From assembly GCA_964592375.1 (NCBI GenBank), contig CAZQDP010000004.1:7043-71042 (forward strand): 64,000 nucleotides of DNA, given 5' to 3'. The notes beneath the pieces were generated by a model. That model worked only from the letters and a program-made list of their open reading frames with translations. It was not told the origin of the DNA and ran no database searches. Each line of letters opens with the position of its first letter. The first letter of the stretch is position 1. The position numbers were made by a program, and so were the translations under genes. This document shows positions 27,594-36,345 of the stretch, in pieces. This DNA is from an uncultured Eubacteriales bacterium. Its GTDB lineage: Bacteria > Bacillota > Clostridia > RUG12999.

Positions 27594-28758
27594 ACAATCC
27601 TTCATGCTTGCCATTAAAAGCCTTAAGAGCAGTAAAATGCGCTCTTTTTTAACCATGCTTGGGATTATCATCGGTGTTGCCTCTGTTATCGTACTGGTGA
27701 GCATAGTGGATGGAATGAACAAACAGATGGTGGCAACCTTTGAGAGCATGGGAACAAATTTAATATCGGTCACGATTATGGGCAGAGGCGGGAACAGAGG
27801 CGTATCACCGGAGCAAATGCAAGAAATTGCAGATGCCAATCCGGATTCAATTGCGGCAACCTCTCCTGCCATCAACGTTATGAATACAACGGTGAAATAT
27901 CAAAGTGAGAATGTCACGACCACCTGTATTGGTATTAATGAGTTTTATAGAGATATTAAGAATGTGACCGTCTCTACGGGACGGAACATAGAATATCTGG
28001 ATGTGGAGTCAAGGCAAAGAGTATGCGTGATTGGTACCTATATTGTAAATGAATTATTCGATGCTACAGATCCTGTTGGAAAATCAATAAAGATTAATGG
28101 CGATAGTTATAAGGTTGTGGGCGTGCTGAGCGCAAAGCAAGGCGGCGTGCAAGGAACGCAGGATGACCAGATATTAATTCCGTACACAATGGCGCAGAAA
28201 TTAGCAAAGAATTTCTCCATTAGTAGCTACAATTTCAGTGCTATTGATAAAGATACGGTGGATATTGCTATGAGTAAAATCAGTGCATTCTTGCTAAGTG
28301 TATATTCGAATTCAAATGCATATCGAGTATATAACCAAGCAGATTCGCTAGAGCAGGTGAATAAACTGACGAGCACCATGGCGATGGTTCTGGTCGGAGT
28401 TGCAGGTATTTCTCTCCTTGTTGGCGGGATTGGTATTATGAATATTATGCTAGTGTCCGTCACGGAACGCACAAGAGAAATTGGTATTCGAAAATCACTA
28501 GGTGCAACGCCTTGGGATATCATGAGTCAATTTGTGGTGGAAGCGGCTACAACAAGCTCCATTGGCGGCATTTTAGGGATTGGGCTTGGGATTGCCGCCT
28601 CGTATGCGGTGACACTACTCAGTCTTACGGTATCCATATCATTTATGGCCATTGCCATTGCGTTTTCCGTTTCCGTTTTCATTGGGATTACCTTTGGCTA
28701 CTTCCCTGCAAAAAAGGCTTCTAAGCTAAGTCCCATAGAAGCATTAAGATATGACTAA
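27583..28758 (+). CDS. ABC transporter permease, MacB/FtsX family
   Basis: N-terminus MNFKQSFMLAIKSLKSSKMRSFLTMLGIIIGVASV. A large extracytoplasmic domain lies between TM1 and TM2, and a C-terminal FtsX domain follows (ERTREIGIRKSLGA). It overlaps the ATPase stop by 11 nt. Confidence 0.9.
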   Translation: MNFKQSFMLAIKSLKSSKMRSFLTMLGIIIGVASVIVLVSIVDGMNKQMVATFESMGTNLISVTIMGRGGNRGVSPEQMQEIADANPDSIAATSPAINVMNTTVKYQSENVTTTCIGINEFYRDIKNVTVSTGRNIEYLDVESRQRVCVIGTYIVNELFDATDPVGKSIKINGDSYKVVGVLSAKQGGVQGTQDDQILIPYTMAQKLAKNFSISSYNFSAIDKDTVDIAMSKISAFLLSVYSNSNAYRVYNQADSLEQVNKLTSTMAMVLVGVAGISLLVGGIGIMNIMLVSVTERTREIGIRKSLGATPWDIMSQFVVEAATTSSIGGILGIGLGIAASYAVTLLSLTVSISFMAIAIAFSVSVFIGITFGYFPAKKASKLSPIEALRYD

Positions 28759-28773
28759 TATGGAGGAAAAAAC

Positions 28774-31296
28774 ATGATGAAAACAAGAATAGTAACTTTA
28801 CTACTGCTTTTTGCCCTTATATTTTGCAATATTTCGGCCATTGCGCAAGAGGCAGTGGAACTTGATATTACCTATCTTTTAAAGAGCCTGAATATTATGA
28901 GTGGTGATCCTAATGGTGATATGAGGCTGAGTGAAACGATTACCAGAGCAGAGTTTACCAAAGTTGCAGTTGCCGCATCCATCTATCGGAATTCTGTTGC
29001 AACAAATATGACTATTTCTCCATTTAGCGATGTGCCGTATAGCCATTGGGCGGCGCCATATATTAAGATTGCGCTTAGCAATAAGCTTATCGCAGGCTAT
29101 GCAGACTCTACCTTCAAGCCGGATCAGGATGTAGTATATGAAGAAGCCATTACTGTTGTTCTAAAACTGCTTGGCTACACCAATGAAGACTTTGGCTCCA
29201 CCTGGCCATATGGACAGGTAGGTCTTGCAAAAAGCCTTGAACTGAGTGACAATATTGACAAAAGTGTAGGCCAGCCACTAGATCGTGGAGATGTTGCAAC
29301 GCTTATTTTTAATATGCTCTGCACAAAATCAAAGGGCACAAATGTTGACTATATGAATACATTTAAGTATCAAACCTACAAAGATGTCACCTTGATTGCC
29401 ACAACCAAGGAAGCGGCGTATCTTACCAATGAAATGCTCTATACATCAAATGGCACTTATACCATAGATAATACATTTGACCACACATCCATTGGGAAAA
29501 AAGGCGAGATAATGATTAAAGACTCCGAGGATGTGGTGCTTTTTCGTCCCTACAAGCAAACGATTACAAGCTATAAAGTAACGGGAATAATTGGTTCGGA
29601 TTTGGTTTTAGGCGGCAAAATATACAATATAGATGATAACCTCACCGTGTATTATAAAACACAAAAACTCACCTATGCCGATACGATTGCATTAGCAAAG
29701 GAGGCTTACTCATTTGTTACATATGCAAACGAGAGTGGGGAGGTTGAGTATGCATGCTTGTTTGCACACCAAAACAGCGGCGAGGAAATGGGTTCTGATG
29801 CGCAAATAAAGCCACTGGATAAGTATATTGTATACGCTAAGCTAGACAATATTCTCATTACCTATAAGGATGACGCATTAGAGCAGCTCAGTATTCCGGA
29901 TAGCACGGTAACCTATCAGGAGGAAACACAAAAAACAACCTTTGCAACTGCAAAATCAAAATTGGAAATGGGTGACCTTATCTATGTCAAACGCGATGAA
30001 AAAAACGAAATTGAATACATCAGCGTGGAAACGGGAAATCTAAGAGGACCCTTTACTGTGAAATCAAATGGCTGGCAAGCACAACTGGGCGCAAATAACG
30101 CAGATATGGCAATCATGCGAAATGGTGTAAAGGTGACAAGTCAAGAAATTCTTGGTAGTGATATTATCTATTATGCGCAGGAGCTAAATTTGGTACTTGC
30201 ATATAGCAAGAAAATCACTGGAATATATGAAACAGCAACTCCTAATAAGGATTTGCCAACCGCCGTGACCATTTCCGGAATTTCATATGAACTAGAAGGA
30301 GTCAATGCATTTCAAGCACTCTCTTCTCATGGATCCTTTCAATATGGAGATACAGTAACACTGCTAATTGGAAAAGACGGAAAAGTAGCCGATGCGGTAT
30401 CACCCGAAGAGGTAAACTTTTCAGTGTATGGTTTTTTAACTAATTCGGGTAGCAAGGAATTTGTCAATACAAACGAAGAAAAATTCAGCTATTATTATGC
30501 CAGTGTAATTCTACCGGATGGAACGGCATATGAATATTTAACCGATAGAAATTATGATTCATGCATAAACTGCGTAGTACAAGTGAAATTTGAAGATGGA
30601 TTAGCCACAGTTACGCAGCAAAATGAAAAATCCGATCTCTATGGCGTTTTTAATGCAAAAAACCGCACCATTGAAGGGAGAAAAATATCCTCTGATGTGC
30701 AGATATTAGACATTAGCACCACAGATATTTCTAAAAAAGCAATCTGCAAGTCAATTTTTTTGCAACGAATGGACGAAGTGAATTTGAGATCAGATGATGT
30801 TTTGTTTTACAACAAAAACGCAAATGATGAAATTGATACCATATTTCTTAATGATGTCACGGGAGATGGCTACCAATATGGGGTGGTGACCAAGGCAAAA
30901 AATAATTATCAGAATATGAATTCAAACGGCAGTTACACCTATGATATCAATGGCACCGTACAATCCCTTAGCACCTCTAGTTATACATTTGCTATTGCAA
31001 GTGGGCAACCTGCAAAATTCAGCATAATAAGCAATAAGGTAGATAGCATCATTCCGCTCTCTTCCATTAAGGAAGACATGGTAAATTTTACGAACACATA
31101 TATTGAAACCAAAGACGCTAAATATTTACTTAGCAGCACTGTTGTCGCATACAAAAAAACTTATGATTATCAGTATCTAGTCACGCCGCTGAGTGAAATA
31201 ATAGGAAATGAAAAACTAGATATCCACGCTTTTTATGACTCAAAAACTGCTCTCGGAGGAAGAGTCAGAATAATCATCGCAACAGATAAGCCATAA
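28774..31296 (+). CDS. SLH-domain cell-wall-anchored protein with large uncharacterised C-terminal region
   Basis: Signal peptide MMKTRIVTLLLLFALIFCNISAIA. SLH repeats (ITRAEFTKVAV..., FSDVPYSHWAAPYIKIALSNKLIAGYADSTFKPDQDVVYEEAITVVLKLLGY, ...LDRGDVATLIFNML). About 650 further beta-rich residues without a motif I recognise. Confidence 0.8.
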   Translation: MMKTRIVTLLLLFALIFCNISAIAQEAVELDITYLLKSLNIMSGDPNGDMRLSETITRAEFTKVAVAASIYRNSVATNMTISPFSDVPYSHWAAPYIKIALSNKLIAGYADSTFKPDQDVVYEEAITVVLKLLGYTNEDFGSTWPYGQVGLAKSLELSDNIDKSVGQPLDRGDVATLIFNMLCTKSKGTNVDYMNTFKYQTYKDVTLIATTKEAAYLTNEMLYTSNGTYTIDNTFDHTSIGKKGEIMIKDSEDVVLFRPYKQTITSYKVTGIIGSDLVLGGKIYNIDDNLTVYYKTQKLTYADTIALAKEAYSFVTYANESGEVEYACLFAHQNSGEEMGSDAQIKPLDKYIVYAKLDNILITYKDDALEQLSIPDSTVTYQEETQKTTFATAKSKLEMGDLIYVKRDEKNEIEYISVETGNLRGPFTVKSNGWQAQLGANNADMAIMRNGVKVTSQEILGSDIIYYAQELNLVLAYSKKITGIYETATPNKDLPTAVTISGISYELEGVNAFQALSSHGSFQYGDTVTLLIGKDGKVADAVSPEEVNFSVYGFLTNSGSKEFVNTNEEKFSYYYASVILPDGTAYEYLTDRNYDSCINCVVQVKFEDGLATVTQQNEKSDLYGVFNAKNRTIEGRKISSDVQILDISTTDISKKAICKSIFLQRMDEVNLRSDDVLFYNKNANDEIDTIFLNDVTGDGYQYGVVTKAKNNYQNMNSNGSYTYDINGTVQSLSTSSYTFAIASGQPAKFSIISNKVDSIIPLSSIKEDMVNFTNTYIETKDAKYLLSSTVVAYKKTYDYQYLVTPLSEIIGNEKLDIHAFYDSKTALGGRVRIIIATDKP

Positions 31297-31486
31297 AAAG
31301 GGTAACATGTAAGAATACTTCACAATCTTTTCGCACATCTTTCAAAAATCCATCATTTGGTGAACACATACAAGGGTTACAATGATGATGATAGACAAAG
31401 AAGTGGCATGAAAGGAGAGTGTTTCCATTGCAAAGATAAGAAATAATGAACGTATGAATAGAGCAACCTGTATAAGAAAGGAATTG

Positions 31487-32191
31487 ATGAAGATGAACAA
31501 AGTGAAAATGATTTCGACCATCATTGCAGTTAGCGTTTTTGCCGCTGCTATGGCAACAACGGCACTTGGAGCAAATACAAAAGGCGTTGGGGCAATGCAA
31601 AAAGGAAACAATGAAACAAGGCAAGCCGTGATGAATAAAGCAGATCAAGCTCAAGGCCAAAAAATGCAAAAACCAATGGGAAAGACCATTGATGAAATCA
31701 AAGCAGATATTGCAAAAAGAGTGACAGACGGCAAAATGACTCAGGCGGAAGCAGATGAAAAAATTGCTGAGCTTGATAAGCGCTATGAAGCCTTCAAAGC
31801 AGATTTGGCCACAAAAGTAACCGAAGGCAAGCTGACCCAAGAGCAAGCGGACAAAATCTTAGCCAGCGGCATGATGGGCTTTGGCAGAATGCAAGGTGGC
31901 CCGGCGCAGCAAGGCGAAAAACCAAAGACCATCGATGAAATCAAAGCAGATATTGCAAAAAGAGTGACAGACGGCAAAATGACTCAGGCGGAAGCAGATG
32001 AAAAAATTGCTGAGCTTGATAAGCGCTATGAAGCCTTCAAAGCAGATTTGGCCACAAAAGTAACCGAAGGCAAGCTGACCCAAGAGCAAGCGGATAAAAT
32101 CTTAGCCAGCGGCATGATGGGCTTTGGCAGAATGCAAGGCGGCCCGGTAAAAGGTCAATTTCAGAGAAAAGACGGCACTCCAAAAGTATAA
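31487..32191 (+). CDS. secreted helical repeat protein (possibly YckD/DUF2680-like)
   Basis: Signal peptide MKMNKVKMISTIIAVSVFAAAMATTALGA. Two near-identical 81-aa units (KTIDEIKADIAKRVTDGKMTQAEADEKIAELDKRYEAFKADLATKVTEGKLTQEQADKILASGMMGFGRMQGGP). The family guess is from memory only. Confidence 0.65.
   Translation: MKMNKVKMISTIIAVSVFAAAMATTALGANTKGVGAMQKGNNETRQAVMNKADQAQGQKMQKPMGKTIDEIKADIAKRVTDGKMTQAEADEKIAELDKRYEAFKADLATKVTEGKLTQEQADKILASGMMGFGRMQGGPAQQGEKPKTIDEIKADIAKRVTDGKMTQAEADEKIAELDKRYEAFKADLATKVTEGKLTQEQADKILASGMMGFGRMQGGPVKGQFQRKDGTPKV
31681..32147 (+). repeat. tandem direct duplication, period 243 bp, two copies
   Basis: 31681-31904 and 31924-32147 differ at only three positions (att/atc, gac/gat, ggt/ggc). 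All three differences are synonymous. Confidence 0.95.
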
Positions 32192-32227
32192 TTTCAACAT
32201 ATAGATACTCCTTCTTTTTATATAAAC

Positions 32228-32276
32228 AACAAAACCTCATTGATGTGATTACTTATCGCACTAATGAGGTTTTGTT
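32228..32276 (+). terminator. rho-independent terminator
   Basis: 14-bp stem AACAAAACCTCATT/AATGAGGTTTTGTT with a 21-nt loop. Confidence 0.7.
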
Positions 32277-32342
32277 ATTGGAAGAATGCTACTTGATATA
32301 AATTATACTTTGATATTAGATAATGAATTTAATCAAAAAAAT

Positions 32343-32371
32343 AAGGCAATATTCCGTTAAGAAATTGCCTT
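32343..32371. terminator. bidirectional terminator hairpin
   Basis: AAGGCAAT/ATTGCCTT stem flanked by an A-run (left) and a T-run (right). It lies immediately 3' of tRNA-Ser on the minus strand. Confidence 0.7.
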
Positions 32372-32378
32372 CTTTTTT

Positions 32379-32470
32379 TGGCGGAAAGGGAGAGATTCGA
32401 ACTCTCGGAGGGGTATTAGCCCTCACACGATTTCCAGTCGTGCGCCTTAGACCAGCTCAGCCACCTTTCC
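32379..32470 (-). tRNA. tRNA-Ser (anticodon GGA), CCA encoded
   Basis: Reverse complement reads GGAAAGG-TG-...-CACGA CTGGAAA TCGTG-(long variable arm GAGGG CTAATA CCCTC)-GAGAG TTCGAAT CTCTC-CCTTTCC-G-CCA. This gives a full cloverleaf with a type II variable arm. Confidence 0.92.
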
Positions 32471-32487
32471 AAAATGACACAATGAAA

Positions 32488-32516
32488 ATTATAATACAAA
32501 AAGTGGTTTATGTCAA
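32488..32516 (-). promoter_or_regulatory. perfect-consensus sigmaA promoter for tRNA-Ser
   Basis: On the minus strand: TTGACA (32516-32511), 17-nt spacer, TATAAT (32493-32488), about 17 nt upstream of tRNA position 1. Confidence 0.8.
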
Positions 32517-32665
32517 GTGTTTTTTTATGGAGATTGATTGTTTTTCCACATTCTTGACAGGGATTGATGAAAATGCTAAGATAAGATGATCACCCATTTG
32601 GTGTAATAGATGCCAAATGCCGATCTTTTTAGCCATATCAATCTATTTTGAAAGGGTCATTTTTA

Positions 32666-33334
32666 ATGGATTATCAAATTGTGCGTATGAAAAGAAAAAC
32701 CATGGGAATTTACATATTAAAGGATGCCACCGTAGAGGTTCGCTGTCCCATTGGCATAAGATTAGCTGAAATAGAAAAGTTTGTATTATCAAAGGAAAAA
32801 TGGATTTTGCAGAAGGTAAGCGAAAAGCAAATTATATTAGAGCAAAGGAAGACGTTTGCCCTCTCAGGTGGTTCTATGCTACACCTCATGGGAAAGGAAT
32901 ACCCTTTACAGACTGTTGCCACTCATCAGGCAGGTTTTGATGGAGCGCATTTTTACATCCCCGAAACATGCGAAAATAAAGAATATACGATTGCAAAAGT
33001 GTACCGCAAAATAGCCAAGTCTTATCTTTTGCCAAGGGTGGCGACATTTGCGGCAATCATGCAGTGCCATCCTTCTTGTATAAAAATTAATGCGGCGAAA
33101 ACTCGCTGGGGATCATGCAGTGGCAAAAACAGCATCAATTTTAGCTGGAAGCTCATGATGGCTGATGAAAAGACCATTGACTATGTCATTATTCATGAAC
33201 TTGCCCATATCAAAGAACACAATCACAGCAAGCGATTTTGGAGCATTGTAGAAAAGGAGATGCCAGGCTATCAGTTGCAGCAGCACAGCTTAAAAGTATT
33301 GCAGGAAAGGCTATTGGTGGAGGCATGGAAATAA
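32666..33334 (+). CDS. YgjP-like (DUF45/SprT-like) zinc metallopeptidase
   Basis: HExxH context YVIIHELAHIKEHNHSKRFW. About 222 aa with the typical family layout. Confidence 0.75.
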   Translation: MDYQIVRMKRKTMGIYILKDATVEVRCPIGIRLAEIEKFVLSKEKWILQKVSEKQIILEQRKTFALSGGSMLHLMGKEYPLQTVATHQAGFDGAHFYIPETCENKEYTIAKVYRKIAKSYLLPRVATFAAIMQCHPSCIKINAAKTRWGSCSGKNSINFSWKLMMADEKTIDYVIIHELAHIKEHNHSKRFWSIVEKEMPGYQLQQHSLKVLQERLLVEAWK

Positions 33335-33347
33335 ATAATTATTAGGG

Positions 33348-33377
33348 TTGACTTTATATATATAAATATAATATAAT
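33348..33377 (+). promoter_or_regulatory. sigmaA promoter
   Basis: TTGACT (33348-33353), 17-18-nt AT-rich spacer, TATAAT (33372-33377). Confidence 0.6.
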
Positions 33378-33412
33378 GCATGTAATACAAATAAAGATAA
33401 AGGGGATTTACA

Positions 33413-34471
33413 ATGAGCAGAATGAAAAGTATGCAGGAGCGTGTCGATCATTTCAAGAAGTTTTACGCCATGGAAAACGAAAGACCTCTTCTTGGTTTTT
33501 TTTATGGCAGTGAATATCCATTACATCGATATAAGGCTTCGCAGAACCTACCGGAGGGAAGGGCACTGGTTCCCAAAGATTTTAATGTGGATGCTTATCT
33601 AGATGATTTTGATGCACTTTTTGAACACCATGAAAAATGCGGCGGCGATTTTATATGGAGTGCCAGCGCTTTTTGGGGTATTCCTTGGATTGAAGCTATG
33701 ATGGGTTGTCCTATCTATAGTGATCAGCATACCGGGTCCATTGCGGCGCATAAGCCGGAGAATTTGAACCTGAAGTTTGACCGCAATAATCCTTGGGCGC
33801 AGCTTTGCGCTGAGTTTCTGCAAAAAGGTGCGGCAAGAAGTGCCGGCCGTTATCCCTTTGCCACCACTCGCATGAGAGGTGTTGCGGATTTGTTGCAGGC
33901 GGTATACGGCAATGAAGAATTTATTTTTGATATGATGGAAGAGCCTGAAAAAATGCACGAGCTTTGCGGCAAGCTGACGGATTTCTTTATTGAAGCCGGT
34001 AAGCTTCAATTAGAGCTTATTCCGGATTTTTACGGCGGCTTAGGTTCGTTCTACTATAATATGTGGGCACCAAAAGGAACAATATGGCACCAAGAGGATG
34101 CGGCGGCCTTGCTTTCTCCTGCTTATTATGAAGAATTTATCCGTCCTTGCGACGAAAAGATTGTAGCTTCCTTTGGTGGCTGCATTATGCATGAGCATTC
34201 CACTGGTTATGTACCCACCAAATCCTATTTGGAAATGGGTATGACAGCATTGGAACTACACATTGATACAGGCGGACCTTCTGCCGAAAGTTTATACGAC
34301 TGGCATACCATGATTCTAGAGAAAAAGCCTCTGCTCATTTGGGGTGACATACCCAAAGAGGATATGGACTGGATATTTAAAAAGCTACCGGTCAAGGGTT
34401 TGGCTATTTGTGCGGTCGTGGATTCATATGAGCAGGCCGAAAAGCTATGGAATGAATATATTAAAGAGTAA
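33413..34471 (+). CDS. hypothetical protein (possibly URO-D/MetE-like TIM barrel)
   Basis: 352 aa, cytoplasmic. The length and the alternating beta/alpha character suggest a barrel. I see no canonical URO-D or Zn (HxC) motif, so the family call is weak. Confidence 0.3.
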   Translation: MSRMKSMQERVDHFKKFYAMENERPLLGFFYGSEYPLHRYKASQNLPEGRALVPKDFNVDAYLDDFDALFEHHEKCGGDFIWSASAFWGIPWIEAMMGCPIYSDQHTGSIAAHKPENLNLKFDRNNPWAQLCAEFLQKGAARSAGRYPFATTRMRGVADLLQAVYGNEEFIFDMMEEPEKMHELCGKLTDFFIEAGKLQLELIPDFYGGLGSFYYNMWAPKGTIWHQEDAAALLSPAYYEEFIRPCDEKIVASFGGCIMHEHSTGYVPTKSYLEMGMTALELHIDTGGPSAESLYDWHTMILEKKPLLIWGDIPKEDMDWIFKKLPVKGLAICAVVDSYEQAEKLWNEYIKE

Positions 34472-34485
34472 AAGAGGGAAAGCAA

Positions 34486-36297
34486 ATGAGTTTGAAAAGT
34501 GAACATAAGCAGCTTGACTGGATGCAATCCATCGCCTTAACAGGCGGCGAAGCTGTGGTAGATATGCGCAATATCAAAACCGGAACAGAAATACCGGCAG
34601 AGTTTTATGCAGACCAGCCATATGTGGTGAAAACAAATGACGGCAATTGGCTTTGCATCACCACGACCTCCGCAGGACACGAGGGTACCAGCGGGCAGCA
34701 CGTGATTTCCGTGCGCTCCTATGATAAAGGCAAAACATGGACGGATAAAAGAGATGTAGAGCCGGCTTGTGGGATTGAATCCTCTTATGCAGTAATGCAG
34801 AAAACGCCATTAGGGCGCGTATATGCTTTTTACAACCATAATACGGATGATGTTCGTCGAGTAAAGGCTGATAATCCTCCTTATGCGGATGGATATTGCT
34901 ACCGCGTGGATTCTCTAGGTCACTTTGTGTTTAAGTATACGGATGATCATGGCCTTACTTGGTCGGAAAAACGATATGATATTCCTATTCGTGAATTTGA
35001 AATTGACCGAAAAAATGCAGACGGCGGCAAGCTGCAATATTTTTGGAACGTTGGAAAGCCCTTTGTAATCGGCGATGCAGTCTTCGTGCCGGTACATAAG
35101 GTTGGCGGTTTTGGCACAGGATTTTTCACCAGTACGGAAGGTGTGCTCCTTAGGAGCGATAATCTTTTGACTGAAAATAATCCGGAAAAGATTACATTTG
35201 AAACCCTGCCGGATGGTGATGTAGGCATCAGAAATGTAGAAGGCGGCGGCCCCATCTGCGAGGAACATAGTTTTGTAGTTTTATCCGATAAAAGCATTTT
35301 TGTGCTCTTTAGAACCGTGGATGGTCACTCCGGCTACAGCTATAGTCGTGATGGCGGGAAAACCTTTGCGCCTTCGAAGTATATGACCTATGAAGACGGC
35401 CGAGAATTCAAGCATCCAAGGGCGGCAACCTTTGTTTGGAAATGTGAAAATGGGAAGTATTTGATTTGGTATCACAATCATGCCGGCCGTGATTACGTGG
35501 GGCGTAATCCTGTTTGGATGAGTTGCGGTATTGAGGTGGATACACAAAACGGAAAAGAAATCGCTTGGAGCCAACCTGAAATCATTCTTTATGAAGATGA
35601 TGTACTCGTTCGCATGAGTTATCCTGATTTTGTGGAAGATGAAGGTGTATTCTACATAACCGAAACGCAGAAAAATATCGCTCGCTGCCATATCGCAGAT
35701 CAAAAGATTATTCATGCATTATTTTCGCAAAAGTCCATTCAAACAAGAACAGACGACGGCCTTTTGAGTGTGAGCGGTGGCGATACAATTGAAACTCCCG
35801 CTTTGGCACCATTTGTTATTGCAGATACGAAAACAGCGGATCTGCGTGCGAAAAATATGCACGGTGGTTTTAGCATTGAGCTTGTTGTAGACAAGTCAAA
35901 TTTAAGCGCAGGGGACATACTGTTTTCCTCTATGACTCCTGGATGCAAGGGGATTGAAGTGGTAGCAGAAAAAGATGGTGCAATAAGCCTTGCTTTTGGT
36001 GATGGGGAGACCATGGCATATTTCAAGACAGAAACCAAGGTGATCTCTGCGCAAATAAACCATTTGGTACTGATTGTAGACGGCGGCCCCAAGGTAATTG
36101 CCGTTGTAGCAAATGGACTGCTCATCGATGGGGGAGCAGAAAAGCAAACTGGATTTGGCAGATTCAGCCCATATCTAAAAAGTGTAAATGGCTATACCAC
36201 AGCAACGCTTTGCAAAAGCGTTCGCTCCGCTAGCTTCTATAAAAGAGCACTGCTAATCACGGAAGCGATCGGCAATTACAGAGCACAAAAGATATAG
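34486..36297 (+). CDS. BNR/Asp-box beta-propeller protein with C-terminal LamG/ConA-like domain (glycosidase-like), cytoplasmic
   Basis: Three Asp-boxes: SYDKGKTW, TDDHGLTW, SRDGGKTF. The C-terminal ~170 aa end in the LamG_3-like FYKRALLITEAIGNY. No signal peptide. No FRIP motif seen, so it is not called a sialidase. Confidence 0.65.
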   Translation: MSLKSEHKQLDWMQSIALTGGEAVVDMRNIKTGTEIPAEFYADQPYVVKTNDGNWLCITTTSAGHEGTSGQHVISVRSYDKGKTWTDKRDVEPACGIESSYAVMQKTPLGRVYAFYNHNTDDVRRVKADNPPYADGYCYRVDSLGHFVFKYTDDHGLTWSEKRYDIPIREFEIDRKNADGGKLQYFWNVGKPFVIGDAVFVPVHKVGGFGTGFFTSTEGVLLRSDNLLTENNPEKITFETLPDGDVGIRNVEGGGPICEEHSFVVLSDKSIFVLFRTVDGHSGYSYSRDGGKTFAPSKYMTYEDGREFKHPRAATFVWKCENGKYLIWYHNHAGRDYVGRNPVWMSCGIEVDTQNGKEIAWSQPEIILYEDDVLVRMSYPDFVEDEGVFYITETQKNIARCHIADQKIIHALFSQKSIQTRTDDGLLSVSGGDTIETPALAPFVIADTKTADLRAKNMHGGFSIELVVDKSNLSAGDILFSSMTPGCKGIEVVAEKDGAISLAFGDGETMAYFKTETKVISAQINHLVLIVDGGPKVIAVVANGLLIDGGAEKQTGFGRFSPYLKSVNGYTTATLCKSVRSASFYKRALLITEAIGNYRAQKI

Positions 36298-36345
36298 TTC
36301 ATAACGAAGCATCCTTTGTTATCCACGAAAAGGGGGAGGGGTTGT

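Noticed and set aside
31274-31846. 190-aa Cys/His-rich minus-strand ORF, with its echo at 31859-32089
   Set aside because: It is antisense to the secreted repeat protein. Its internal repetition simply mirrors the 243-bp duplication, and it has no RBS or start context. The + strand gene has a signal peptide and an RBS.
32323-32589. 88-aa + strand ORF
   Set aside because: It overlaps the tRNA-Ser gene and its promoter on the opposite strand, and the tRNA cloverleaf is complete.
34486-36297. Calling the BNR protein a sialidase and linking it to the YhcH-family gene at 4316
   Set aside because: Asp-boxes alone do not define a sialidase. I found no FRIP motif, no signal peptide and no nan genes, and the two loci are 30 kb apart.
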